A stretch of 64,000 bases of DNA from an uncultured bacterium. GTDB lineage: Bacteria > Zixibacteria > MSB-5A5 > UBA10806 > 4484-95. The position numbers and the translations under genes were made by a program. Below the pieces are notes generated by a model. It saw nothing but the letters and a program-made list of their open reading frames with translations. It made no database searches and had not been told where the DNA came from. The stretch covers positions 44,273-108,272 of the forward strand of contig CBFDEC010000007.1 in NCBI GenBank assembly GCA_965603725.1, read 5' to 3'. Below, piece by piece: positions 46,151-57,224 of the stretch; the stretch's first letter is position 1, and each line of letters starts with the position of its first letter.

Positions 46151-47296
46151 ATGGAATACACTGAAGATCAAAAGATAGCAATAGAGGTAGCCCGTGGATT
46201 CATCACGAAAAGGATTGAGCCGATTGCCAGCCTCATTGATGAGAAAGAGGAATTTCCGCTGGAGAATATTAGGGAGATGGGCAAACTCGGTTTGCTGGGG
46301 ATTCCCTATCCTGAACAATATGGCGGAGCCGGCCTTGACTATGTGACCTATTCAACGATTATAAGAGAGATTGCCAGGGTTTGCGCCTCAACAGCGATGA
46401 CAGTAGTAGCCCACACTACATTGACCGCTTATCCCATATTTAGCTATGGAACTGAGGAGCAAAAACAAAAATACTTGAAACCGCTTCTTGATGGCGAAAA
46501 TATAGGCGCCTTTGGGCTGACAGAGCCAAACGCCGGATCCGATATAGCCGCAATGGAAACCAAAGCTGTGAAAAAAGACGGTCATTACATACTAAACGGA
46601 TCGAAAATATTTATCACAAACGCAAATGTAGCCGATACTTATATAGTAGCGGCAAAGACATCGCCTGAAAAAGGTATGATGGGGATAAGCCTGTTTATTT
46701 TTGAAAAAAGCATGCCCGGTTTTACTCTATCCGGGAAAAAAGAGAAAAAGCTGGGAATGAAAGGGGCAGATACAGGCGAACTGGTGTTCCAGGATGCTTT
46801 AGTTCCTGAAAAGAATTTGCTGGGCAGAAAAAATTTTGGATTTAAGTTATTGCATGATATTTTAATAAGCGCCAGGATAGGTATGGCGGCAATTGCTTTG
46901 GGGATTTCCGAGGGCGCGCAGAAACATTGTCTGAAATATGTGAAACAACGAAAGCAGTTCAGCGAATATCTTTATCATTTTCAGTCTATTAAAAACATGC
47001 TTGCCGATATGGAAATGAATATCAGCGCCGCCGAATTGTTATTGCAAAAAGCCGCTGTTATGAAAGATGATGGAAAAGACATTACCAAGACCGCATCAGA
47101 GGCAAAACTGTTTGCGTCAGAAATGGCGATGAAGATCACCAAGGATGCCATCCAGATATTTGGCGGCTACGGCTATTCCCGTGAATTCCCGCTGGAGAGA
47201 TTTTTCAGGGACGCCAAAATCACCGAAATCGGCGACGGAACATCCGAAATGCAAAGGCTGATCATTGCTGATGAGATTGTGAAGAGGCAGGGATAA
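46151..47296 (+). CDS. acyl-CoA dehydrogenase family protein (possibly acting on acyl-ACP)
   Basis: ACAD fold motifs GAFGLTEPNAGSD, FASE and GGYGY. ATG at 46151; the track ORF starts upstream inside asnB. Confidence 0.8.
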   Translation: MEYTEDQKIAIEVARGFITKRIEPIASLIDEKEEFPLENIREMGKLGLLGIPYPEQYGGAGLDYVTYSTIIREIARVCASTAMTVVAHTTLTAYPIFSYGTEEQKQKYLKPLLDGENIGAFGLTEPNAGSDIAAMETKAVKKDGHYILNGSKIFITNANVADTYIVAAKTSPEKGMMGISLFIFEKSMPGFTLSGKKEKKLGMKGADTGELVFQDALVPEKNLLGRKNFGFKLLHDILISARIGMAAIALGISEGAQKHCLKYVKQRKQFSEYLYHFQSIKNMLADMEMNISAAELLLQKAAVMKDDGKDITKTASEAKLFASEMAMKITKDAIQIFGGYGYSREFPLERFFRDAKITEIGDGTSEMQRLIIADEIVKRQG

Positions 47297-47524
47297 AATG
47301 GGCCATTTGGGGTTGAGTAAATACAGGTGTTTTTGAAATATTTTGGATACTTGATTTTAAAATTCTGAAAGAGCTTTTATCTTATTAATAAAAATGAGCC
47401 CATTACTGAAATGAGGCAGTATAAAACCTCATCCTATATCAAATTACCCCTCGGGGATTTGATAACCTCTATATTGGGAGTACGCATTTCATTCTTTATC
47501 TTGGCGAAATAAAGATCTCTGAAC

Positions 47525-48316
47525 TCAGTAGCCATCCCAGCCCGCAATCCTGGCCATCATCCACCAGAACGCTTTGCCCTTCAGGTAACAATTGAAGCAA
47601 TGCGAATGAGGACAGTTGCAGGTAGGACATGGATGCGAGGAACACCAGTCATGGCACCATTCACAGCCATCGCCACCATAAGGATAATAGTTGCCATTAG
47701 GGTCATAACTCTCGATGTCAGCAAAATTGAAAAGGACTTTATCGTTAGTAACGCAGTACTCCCGAATCTGGTTGTTGCGGGCATAAAGATTGCCATCAGG
47801 ACCTGTACCGTCCAGATGGCCAGTCATATAAATGAAGGTTACACCAGAGTAGTCCTGCTCCAGCCGATTCATAGCATTAAGATAAACATTGATGCCCTCT
47901 TCGCTATTATTCGAACAACCGCCACACCATGACCACATCACCACATTGTAATCGGGATGATTATCAAGCCAGTCCCGGGTAGGTGGTACCCAGGAAGTGT
48001 CACCAATGTGTCCCAGATCGTCACTGTATTCATGGAAAGTGGGTAAATTATACAAAGAATTCTCATCCTCCAGTTCATTGAGTCCGACTATAATCTGATA
48101 ACCATGTGAGGTGCGACCATAGAATATTCTATAGTCTGTCCTTATCTGCTCAAAATATGATTCCGGGATGAGTTCAAAATCTGCTGACGAATTATGATTA
48201 GTTATAATCGCTCCAGTAACAATATCTATCCAACTGACATTTCGAGGTGGACCGATATCAGCGTATAACTGCAAACTTGAAAACCCGACGATCATCAGGC
48301 TTAGAAATAATCGCAA
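47525..48316 (-). CDS. secreted hypothetical protein with a Cys/His-rich C-terminus
   Basis: Signal peptide. C-terminal CEWCHDWCSSHPCPTCNCPHSHCFNC. Confidence 0.4.
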   Translation of the reverse strand: MRLFLSLMIVGFSSLQLYADIGPPRNVSWIDIVTGAIITNHNSSADFELIPESYFEQIRTDYRIFYGRTSHGYQIIVGLNELEDENSLYNLPTFHEYSDDLGHIGDTSWVPPTRDWLDNHPDYNVVMWSWCGGCSNNSEEGINVYLNAMNRLEQDYSGVTFIYMTGHLDGTGPDGNLYARNNQIREYCVTNDKVLFNFADIESYDPNGNYYPYGGDGCEWCHDWCSSHPCPTCNCPHSHCFNCYLKGKAFWWMMARIAGWDGY

Positions 48317-48511
48317 AGTACACTCCCGACTTTAAATTCTTACCAACAAACTGAGAATAAAAACCAACTGACATCCATTCATGATGAAGAGTTCTTACTT
48401 TTCTACCCAGAATATTATATATAGACACGTCGTAGAAGTCCTCCTCAACGACCTGCCATTTTAGGACAAGGCCCGTATTTGATGGATTGGGGTAAGCCTG
48501 CAGCCCGAAGG

Positions 48512-48880
48512 CTATGGGCCTTGGATCCAGGTTACCCCACGCGGAGGGCCTATGCCGGTCTCCGTATCGTAATAGGCTGTATCGGACAATGCCACCTCAG
48601 ATGTATCGTTTACTACCGATACAGCGCGAATATAAAATATCGCCCAGTCTCCAACGTCGGCTAATGTCACCGAATTGTCCAGCGTGTCCGCTGCTGCCGA
48701 GTTCCCGGTTACTGAATCCACTACACTATTGATAGTGTATGACCAGATATAATGGTCAAGCGGATTACCATAATCAGGCGACTGCCAGGTCACCTCGAGT
48801 TGCCCGTCATGATCGTTAAACTGGGCAGAAGCGATAGACGGGATTGCGAACAAGAGGATCAATACAAATAACCTTTTCAT
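48512..48880 (-). CDS. secreted hypothetical protein (FN3-like). It ends in GIGPPRGVTW, which matches the mature N-terminus of the downstream ORF.
   Basis: Signal peptide MKRLFVLILLFAIPSIASA. Possible truncated duplicate. Confidence 0.35.
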   Translation of the reverse strand: MKRLFVLILLFAIPSIASAQFNDHDGQLEVTWQSPDYGNPLDHYIWSYTINSVVDSVTGNSAAADTLDNSVTLADVGDWAIFYIRAVSVVNDTSEVALSDTAYYDTETGIGPPRGVTWIQGP

Positions 48881-49090
48881 GCTTTTTCCCCTATTTATAG
48901 GTTATTACTATTAAAACATTCTCGATTTACTTCACATAATATTTTCGGTTAAAATAGAACATCTAACAGCAAATACATTAGATGAAGCTTAACTAAATCA
49001 TCTTTGCGTAAAGTTAGATAATAAATTATCAATGTCAATAGTAATTTTCAATAATATTCCTTCGAGAATTTCAATAACCCAAACAGGTAA

Positions 49091-49393
49091 TTGCAGCCTG
49101 TCGGCTATCTTGATTTCCTGAAACTCCAGAGCGAGTCGAAATTTGTGCTGACCGACTCCGGCGGTATCTAGGAGGAAACTACTTACATGAGGATTCCCTG
49201 CATCACGCTCAGGGAAAATACCGAAAGACCTGTAACTGTTGAAGTTGGCACAAATACTAATGCAGGTATTGATCCTGATAAGGTTTTACAAATAGTAAGT
49301 CAAATAACAAACGGCAAGTACAAAGGTGGGAGCATCCCTGAGCTTTGGGATGGGAAGACAGCGCCGAGGATTGTGGGTGTTTTAAAGCAATAA
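49091..49393 (+). pseudogene. wecB: UDP-N-acetylglucosamine 2-epimerase (wecB) 3' remnant with an in-frame TAG
   Basis: Frame translates [50 protein letters not shown]..., the conserved WecB C-terminal region, with a TAG at 49169-49171 where Q is expected. About 250 N-terminal codons are absent. Confidence 0.55.
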
Positions 49394-49452
49394 AGAAATT
49401 ATGCAACTTTTTCTATTTCAAAGATTATTTTAATTCAGGCAAAACACGTTTG

Positions 49453-50424
49453 CTATTCTAACCGCAAATCATCAAAGTAAAGAATAAAAGGTTTGCCAGG
49501 TCTTACAACAAAAAAATAAATAGCGTAAATTGCAGTCATGTCCATCTCTCGATAAGAGGGAGCATTCTTAACCTTTTCCAGAGGAATAGAAATCTGATTA
49601 AGACCCGGATTAATTATAATTGAATAATTAAACCTGTCATCATAAAAATTGTTATGATGGATATCCTCAATTCTCATAGTAAGATTTACTGTTGTATTTA
49701 ATTCAGAGTATACAAAAAAACTCATATACCTATAAGCAGTCCAATTAGGGAAAGGTTCTTCTAAGCTAAATCCCGGGTATGTATCCCTAAATAGAGTTAA
49801 TTGCCCTACATGGCGACTATTCGGATTTTTCCACCCTGCTGGCGGATGAGTCTTTACAAGTTCAGCATTGTTAGTCCTTGTAAATTTGTTTTCCAAGGAA
49901 GATTCAAAACCGAGAATTTGTGGGAAAGCCTGGTTTCTCTGATGATATGCCCAGGCCCACATGCTTACCGGTATAATCGATAGGAAAAGTAATAGGAACG
50001 CACTAACAAAAGTAAAAATTCTTATATTGTTCCGTTTTCTCCAAAAGACAATCATTTTGGGATTAAAAACCACATAAAGCCCCAGAAAGGAAACTGCTCC
50101 GAGAATATCTCTTATTAGATCGGATATATCTGCGTCACCAGGTCCATAGATTTGAATAAGTTCAGTTATAGCACCCATTAAGACTGTGAGAACAAGAGCA
50201 ATAAGATAATGAAAATATTGTTTTAGTAATCTTTTTCCGAGAATTAGTGATGATAAACTCAGAAACAGCAAAGATAACATCCCGAATAATGGTGTGTGAC
50301 CAGTATTATGGATTTCCCTCCACAAATGTGTATCATCTGGCAATTCGAGATTGAAAAAAATCAATATAATGCTGCAAAATCCAAGAAGTAAAAATATTAT
50401 GGATATATTCTTCTTTACAAACAT
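49453..50424 (-). CDS. VanZ-like family membrane protein with a C-terminal extracytoplasmic domain
   Basis: Four N-terminal TM helices with VanZ-like conserved polar residues, then a TM segment and a soluble domain of about 180 aa. Confidence 0.45.
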   Translation of the reverse strand: MFVKKNISIIFLLLGFCSIILIFFNLELPDDTHLWREIHNTGHTPLFGMLSLLFLSLSSLILGKRLLKQYFHYLIALVLTVLMGAITELIQIYGPGDADISDLIRDILGAVSFLGLYVVFNPKMIVFWRKRNNIRIFTFVSAFLLLFLSIIPVSMWAWAYHQRNQAFPQILGFESSLENKFTRTNNAELVKTHPPAGWKNPNSRHVGQLTLFRDTYPGFSLEEPFPNWTAYRYMSFFVYSELNTTVNLTMRIEDIHHNNFYDDRFNYSIIINPGLNQISIPLEKVKNAPSYREMDMTAIYAIYFFVVRPGKPFILYFDDLRLE

Positions 50425-50774
50425 GATATAGATTGATAATTATCAGAATTCATCTTCTATCAATAAACCATTATTCAATTCATTACGAACGTTTGTTTGA
50501 CGATTAATTTATATGTCAAAATCCTCCCATTGATAATATTATACTATATAGATAAGCCAAATACAAGAAAGTATAGTCTCAAGCCTTTTTTATGCCACAT
50601 TCTTTCAAATGAATCTTGACATAATTTTAATATTGCCGATATTATCTAATAAAAAAATTATCCGGAATCAGGGTTCAAAATATCTTACCTGCTTTTGGAA
50701 ATAAACTAGGCAAAAACGAACTGTTTAGAGTATTGGAGTAATTTCTGTTTGGATTATTTATTGCTGTTGGTTCC

Positions 50775-52622
50775 GTGGCACAGGCACTTAGTGATGAAAG
50801 AATAAGGGCCTCTTGGCCATCCAATGCTCAATGCAATGTTCTTTCAGAGCTGCCAGATGTTAAGATAGCACGTTTTACTCCATTATCCTTTACTCAAGAT
50901 CCAGGCTTTGTTTGGTCAAAAGATCGTAGACTCGCTGTCTGTGTCGATGGCTACATTTTAACTAATAAGGTTAACATTGGCGCCAGTCTTGCAGAACATA
51001 TTCGCTCTTTTGCAAATACCTGCAGTAAAGAGGGATTCTCCGCGGGATTACATTCTATTATCAGCGGCACCTACACTCTGGTTGTTGTAGACAAAACCTC
51101 ATCACACTGTTATGTGGTTAATGACCATGTAGGATCCCTGCCTTTGTATTACAGTAAGCTTAATAATGGCTGGTTGTTAAGCACTAATCCTGTTGCCTTG
51201 GCGCAATCAGGGCTGATTAATAATCAGATCGATATGCTTGCGTGTACCGAATGGATATATGCTGGCAGCACAATTGGTGACAGATATATGCTGCAAGGCA
51301 TAAAATTGGCTTTTCCACATACATCCTTTAAATGGAATAGAAATAATGCTCAAGGGCACTTTGAGGAAAACAACAACAGCCCATGGGATATAATTCCTTC
51401 AAAAACTGTACCAACCGTTGACCAACTGGCAGACAGTTTTATCGAGGGATGCAAGCGATTAAGCTCAATTGAACCACGACCAGCACATTTCCAGAGTTCT
51501 GGTAAAGATTCTCGGCTTATCCTGGCCTCATGGCCAGATGGATATAATCCACCATGTTACACTTACGGAGATCCTGAATCTCTAGAGGTTGATATAGCGC
51601 GATCGATTGCAGATCTAAGGGGTTCTAAATGGATTCATGTCTGGCTGGACGGCGATGAGGTGGCAAAAAACCTTATTAATCTATTTAATGCTTGTGGAAT
51701 GATAATATGGCCAGACCGATATTTTTCGGCTCGTCAAATGCAAAAAGACGGCCATAAATGGGTAACCGATGGTTATTGGGGTGGAATTCAAATACATCCA
51801 GGTGGCTATGACTGTGATCGCTATTTTTCCCTTATTTCGAGAATTTTAAGGTATGCAACAGTGTTTATAGACCATAAAGTGTCTCCTATTGGCCTTGATC
51901 AAATAACCGAGAAATTAACTAATTATTTAATAGGGTCACATCTCGTTCGCCACTCTCTAGGCGATTTTGTTTCTGCAGATTTTATAGCAGAGCTTTCAAA
52001 GCAAAAGTCTCAAATAAAACAAGACGTTTATAATGAACTCAAACGTCTTGTTCCAGCAAATGACTCGCTGGCGATTCTTTGGCGCAAGTACATCTCTTCC
52101 AATCGGGGACCTCATCAACATGCACAGCAGGGAGTGATGTGTCGCTCATTCATTAATGTTTACTATCCGTTTTGTGGCGACCTTGATCACCACCGCCTTC
52201 AGCTGCAGGTTAAGCCAAGGGTTTCTGCATATAATCGGCAATATATTCAACTCTATCGTCGACGGTTCCCGAAATATGCCGATCTACCTTATGGAAGCAC
52301 TCTCTTGCCGTTGCGTACTTCTGCTTTTCGTACAAGACTTGCTTTCACGTTGTTGAATAAAGGTTGGAACATCCCATATTTAACTGGTAAAACGCACGGT
52401 AGGGAACGTGACGCCAACAGCTGGGGAGCATGGCTTAGAAACAGCCAGGCTCTCAGGGAAAATACAGCTGAACTCCTTCGCGATGGAGGTATAATCGACG
52501 AAAAAAACATCGCTAATACATTCAAAGCCATCGCTTCTGGAACAAAAGCTGGAACTGGCCAGGTATTTCATCTCGCAAGTATTGCGAAATGGATATCAAT
52601 GTCTGGCAAAGTTCTTGGATGA
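50775..52622 (+). CDS. asparagine synthase-related protein lacking the N-terminal Cys nucleophile
   Basis: AsnB-like N-domain without Cys2. SSGKDS PP-loop-like motif. Confidence 0.45.
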   Translation: MAQALSDERIRASWPSNAQCNVLSELPDVKIARFTPLSFTQDPGFVWSKDRRLAVCVDGYILTNKVNIGASLAEHIRSFANTCSKEGFSAGLHSIISGTYTLVVVDKTSSHCYVVNDHVGSLPLYYSKLNNGWLLSTNPVALAQSGLINNQIDMLACTEWIYAGSTIGDRYMLQGIKLAFPHTSFKWNRNNAQGHFEENNNSPWDIIPSKTVPTVDQLADSFIEGCKRLSSIEPRPAHFQSSGKDSRLILASWPDGYNPPCYTYGDPESLEVDIARSIADLRGSKWIHVWLDGDEVAKNLINLFNACGMIIWPDRYFSARQMQKDGHKWVTDGYWGGIQIHPGGYDCDRYFSLISRILRYATVFIDHKVSPIGLDQITEKLTNYLIGSHLVRHSLGDFVSADFIAELSKQKSQIKQDVYNELKRLVPANDSLAILWRKYISSNRGPHQHAQQGVMCRSFINVYYPFCGDLDHHRLQLQVKPRVSAYNRQYIQLYRRRFPKYADLPYGSTLLPLRTSAFRTRLAFTLLNKGWNIPYLTGKTHGRERDANSWGAWLRNSQALRENTAELLRDGGIIDEKNIANTFKAIASGTKAGTGQVFHLASIAKWISMSGKVLG

Positions 52623-52832
52623 TGTGAGTTAAAGAAGTTAATCCTCATATTGTAGATAAATACTTCTTTACCAAGCTGGAATAACTTGGTGTTTTTGATT
52701 ATTACGATGTTTTTTTAGGCTTAGGATTTAAGCTTAAAAAGCAAAGTGAAATATATTGAAAGTATTTCTGTTAGGGGAATAAAGTCTTTTGTCTTTAAAG
52801 CTTTTTAGCAAACGACATCTCGAAACAAACTT

Positions 52833-55487
52833 TTATCGAATGACCAACAACTTCCCATTAGAAGATCCCGAAGGGAAATTAATCGCATACAAATAAACGC
52901 CGGGAGCAAGGTTATTACCTCTGTCATTTTTCACTTCCCATGCCCAATCTTCAGGACCAATGTTGTCTTCTCTGAGAATAATATCCCCCGAAATTGTTGA
53001 GATCATTATACTGCTGTCTTGCGGCAAATTCGTAAATGTAATGTTAGTATGTCCCTCCGATGCCCTGAACGGATTCGGGTAAGGATGAATTTCAAGAAGC
53101 GCACTGAAACTAATTGGAGATGTCCAGACAGCATTATTATTGCTTACACGCCAGTAATAAGTAATTCCCTGCTCAATTGGGTCTGTAGCAGGAAGCTGCC
53201 ATCTGGTTTCATCACCTGGAGTGGGTGGCACCGATCCTGATTCCACGGGTGAACTGAAATTATCGTTATCATCAACCTGAAAATATAATTCAGAAATATT
53301 CTGCGGGTTTTGTACAATAAAATATGGCCTACCGGAAGGAACAATTTCGCCCTCAGTTGGGTATCGACAATGGGATTCTGCCAGTGATGATATTAGTCCA
53401 AAATTCAAATTGAATTCTATAGAAGGGGTCCAGGCGCTGGAATCAGTATAATCTGTAGAAATAGCACAACAACGCCAATAATAATTAACATCATCGGATA
53501 ATCCCTCGAAAACAGCCATAGCCACATCACTTGGCAGATTAGCTAGAGAATCAATTACAAACTCGGGGTTGGAATAAACACTTACAGAATCAAGAGCAAA
53601 AAGATAGTAAATTGATTGATATGATTCCACTAATTCACATGAAACTGTAACTAAACTTGACAATGAATCAATATAAGTTTCAATTTGAATTGGCATCATG
53701 ATACCAGCGGAGAAGGAAAAAGCGACATTCGACAGATCAGAAACATTACCTACCTCATCATAGGCTTTCATAGCAATATAATAATAATGTCCATCTTCAT
53801 GAGTATCAAAAGCAAAATAAGTGCTACCTCCCGGAGATAAAGGTTGAGGGGGATTTAATATTGACAGAACCTCTGTCCAGTTTGATTCAGATATATCTGT
53901 GGTGGAGTATTTTATAACATAATGATCAGTTAAACCTATATAACCATCATCCCCGGGAGCAGTCCAGGTTAATATTATTTCACCATGTTCATCTCCTGGA
54001 ATTGCATTTAAGTCTTCTATAGTTCCGGGAGGAGTTGAATCTGACCCGGGAGGATAAGCTCCCATATATGGCAAGAAATCTCCGCCACGTCCGCTTACAG
54101 CACATGGCGAACCTGTTGCAAGTCGGAGATTATAGCCCCCAGCAACAGTAGTGTCCATAAATACAGGATACTGATTAAGCGAATGTTCGCCGTTTTTCTG
54201 TGTGCTGTCAGCCCAGAGAGCCTGCCATTCAGTAAGAGTATAAGCTGTGCCTGTATGCGGGTTAGTAGCGTGTTGAAGACAATACAAATCTGCATGGCCA
54301 TCAGAATTCCAGTAACAATTATAATCAGACCATAAATCGGAAAATGAATCGCATGACATAGTATACCAGGATTTTGCCAGCGCATTATACCAACCATCTG
54401 ACCCATAACTATCGACAACGATGTTATTCCAAGATGCGGGTTCATAAATCCAACCCGTTTCGCCAGCATGAATAGACAATCTTATACCCGCCCCACAATT
54501 ATAAATAGTATTATTATAAACCTGATGACGAGCATCATTAGCTATAGCAGTACCCTCATAAATAATCGCCGCCCATTGAATATCATAAATTACGTTATTA
54601 TGAATCCAAATATCATAGCCGTTTCCTCTTATGCCTCTGGCACAATCATAAATTGTATTATATCTAATTATTAAACTGTCATGGCTTGTATTGTTTTGGT
54701 AAAGTGTGTCACCCTCCTTGAAGCAAATTCCGTTCCCGGGTAATTCACCAACCATGGGGTGGTCATACATCACATTATATTCAAATATGCAGTTTTTTGT
54801 ATCGTAACAATGTATCCCGCTTGCATTATGATTCTCAAACGACCTGTTACTGAAAAGAGTGCAGGCGGTAATTGTAATATTGCTATGCTGTTCTTCACCA
54901 CCCAAGACCCATTGAAAAAAGATGCCCCCTCCGTTCTGATCTTGGTCGCCATTACCAACATAGTTGCTGTCGCTAACGCAATTTTTGATTGTAACATTGT
55001 GGCATGCGTTTTGTGGCCCATCAGGAACGATATAAATGCCACCCTTAAAAGAGTTCTTAAATTCCAGGCCGTCAAGAACTATATAACTACAGGCATATAA
55101 ACAACAGGCAATAGACATTGAACCAGAACCGTCTATTACCGGCCTGCTTGAATCGGGAAAAGCTTTATAAACAATTTCGTTGCCCTCCGAACCATCAAAA
55201 TCAATGAGCATGGGGCCGTCCCACATATCTCTCGCCGGACTAAGCTGGTTCTCATAAAAACAATGTGTTGTCCTTTGTTCGCTGTAAACTCCACCCATGA
55301 TAAATATTGTATCACCAGCACTAATAGCCGATGTTGTGCAGGCTTTTGACAGATGTTGCCAGGGCGTTTCTGTGGACGTGCCATTATTGCTGTCATCGCC
55401 ATCATTGCCGACATAATAAGTTATTGCAAATGAATGGCCGATTATCACTAAACTGATTATAACGCTTAAAGTCATTCGCCTGAACAT
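52833..55487 (-). CDS. T9SS-secreted right-handed parallel beta-helix (pectate lyase fold) protein
   Basis: Signal peptide. Repeated NN(V/T)IYD/NNTIYNCGAGIRL beta-helix coils. C-terminal T9SS sorting domain ...GVYLYAINFPSGSSNGKLLVIR. Confidence 0.7.
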   Translation of the reverse strand: MFRRMTLSVIISLVIIGHSFAITYYVGNDGDDSNNGTSTETPWQHLSKACTTSAISAGDTIFIMGGVYSEQRTTHCFYENQLSPARDMWDGPMLIDFDGSEGNEIVYKAFPDSSRPVIDGSGSMSIACCLYACSYIVLDGLEFKNSFKGGIYIVPDGPQNACHNVTIKNCVSDSNYVGNGDQDQNGGGIFFQWVLGGEEQHSNITITACTLFSNRSFENHNASGIHCYDTKNCIFEYNVMYDHPMVGELPGNGICFKEGDTLYQNNTSHDSLIIRYNTIYDCARGIRGNGYDIWIHNNVIYDIQWAAIIYEGTAIANDARHQVYNNTIYNCGAGIRLSIHAGETGWIYEPASWNNIVVDSYGSDGWYNALAKSWYTMSCDSFSDLWSDYNCYWNSDGHADLYCLQHATNPHTGTAYTLTEWQALWADSTQKNGEHSLNQYPVFMDTTVAGGYNLRLATGSPCAVSGRGGDFLPYMGAYPPGSDSTPPGTIEDLNAIPGDEHGEIILTWTAPGDDGYIGLTDHYVIKYSTTDISESNWTEVLSILNPPQPLSPGGSTYFAFDTHEDGHYYYIAMKAYDEVGNVSDLSNVAFSFSAGIMMPIQIETYIDSLSSLVTVSCELVESYQSIYYLFALDSVSVYSNPEFVIDSLANLPSDVAMAVFEGLSDDVNYYWRCCAISTDYTDSSAWTPSIEFNLNFGLISSLAESHCRYPTEGEIVPSGRPYFIVQNPQNISELYFQVDDNDNFSSPVESGSVPPTPGDETRWQLPATDPIEQGITYYWRVSNNNAVWTSPISFSALLEIHPYPNPFRASEGHTNITFTNLPQDSSIMISTISGDIILREDNIGPEDWAWEVKNDRGNNLAPGVYLYAINFPSGSSNGKLLVIR

Positions 55488-55971
55488 ATTCCTCTCCTTT
55501 CATTATTAGTTTAAAGGAATAATGAACTTAATATATTATATCGGCATTATATAAAGCAAAAGCCACACCGAACAAGTGTTATTTTTACTCTTTTTACCTC
55601 CATGCTGTATAAGATATTACAGTTTTAGTTTGATATTACTAATTATTTGCAGGTTACGTTATGTTCATTTTATAATATAATGTGTAGTTTCTGCGCAATT
55701 TTATAATACTTTTAGAGTAACCTATTAGTTTAAGTCTAATATATCCGGAGTATAATGGCAATCGTATATATTGGAAAATATAAAAGAGTTGAATTTTTTA
55801 TTAAGAATGTTTAAAATAAAAGGAAACTGCTGAAGAGGTATAAATGGCATTCATTATCTGGATATATGCCGCCTGAGGAATTTGAAATACGGTAAGAAAG
55901 GAATTTACAGCATTGCCAGATCATTGTAATTGATGTTATTGAAAATATGAGCGTGGTACAGGGAATTTGTA

Positions 55972-56724
55972 TTGGGTATAAGAAAAATCTTATTGAAATA
56001 TTATTGGTGGATCCAGGGATTTATGATACCTGGATTAAAACACTCACAATCCATATATAACAACATTCTAAAAAACTATGTCAAACACGATATATATTGG
56101 TTGGATTTAGGTTGCGGACATCGAATATTACCTTTCTGGCTTTACGAAGAAGAAAAAAATTTAGTTAATATAAGCCAGCTTGTTGTAGGTATCGATTATA
56201 ATCTAAGTTCTTTAAAAAACCATAAAAGTATTTACATAAAGATAAGAGGTGACATTACTAAATTACCATTTAAGAAAAAATATTTTGATTTAGTAACGGC
56301 GAATATGGTTGTTGAACATTTAAATGAACCTGATATTCAGTTTAAAGAAATTTCAAGAATTTTGAAGCCTAAAGGTATATTCATTTTGCATACACCTAAT
56401 ATTTTTAATTTGTGGATTATTATTGCCAGGTTGGTGCCAGATAAAATTAAATTAGTATTTATTAAACTATTGGAGGGAAGAGAAGAAAAAGATATTTTTG
56501 ATGTACATTATAAAGTAAATTCAAGAAAAAAAATATTAAATGTGGCTTCAAAATCAGGATTTCAAGTACTTAAGCTTAAAATGATAGTATCCACTCCCGT
56601 ATTATCTATAATTCCGCCTCTCGTGATATTTGAACTAATATGGATAAGGATTTTAATGATGACACCATTTAAGTTGTTTAGATCAAATATCATAGCAATA
56701 TTGATAAATAATGATTCTTTTTGA
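55972..56724 (+). CDS. class I SAM-dependent methyltransferase
   Basis: LDLGCGHRIL (motif I) and LVTANMVVEHLNEP. AT-rich. Confidence 0.6.
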   Translation: MGIRKILLKYYWWIQGFMIPGLKHSQSIYNNILKNYVKHDIYWLDLGCGHRILPFWLYEEEKNLVNISQLVVGIDYNLSSLKNHKSIYIKIRGDITKLPFKKKYFDLVTANMVVEHLNEPDIQFKEISRILKPKGIFILHTPNIFNLWIIIARLVPDKIKLVFIKLLEGREEKDIFDVHYKVNSRKKILNVASKSGFQVLKLKMIVSTPVLSIIPPLVIFELIWIRILMMTPFKLFRSNIIAILINNDSF

Positions 56725-57224
56725 CAGGTATATTTTGTAACGCTTTTTACAATTTTGAGTTTGACATGTCAGAAAAATGTCCTTTAGTTTGAATGTTTAT
56801 ATAATATAGAAAAGTAAATTCATTATAAAGATCAAAATCAAGTGTCTTTGAGTATATCGAGATATTTTATAACCGGGCAAAGAAGACATTCAGCATTAGG
56901 CTATAAATCGCTGGTTGACTTTCTAAACGAATCAAATTACATTAATTGTGTGTCCGTTAAAACGGGGTAAGATCATTCTAGCGCTGTTTCAATTAAGGTG
57001 TATATAAAATTCAAACAGGTAATTGGCATTTGCCTAAGGTGAACTCGTATGCTGACTGGTGCACGAGGACGTACACCTGCCGCAATTATATATTATTGTA
57101 GGTAGATCTAAATCAAATCCAGAAATATTAATAATGTCCTTGAAAAATCATGATTGGCATATTATTATAAATGAAATGCTAAAAATGATTGCAGATAGAA
57201 TTCAATAACCCGAATTTTTAAAAG

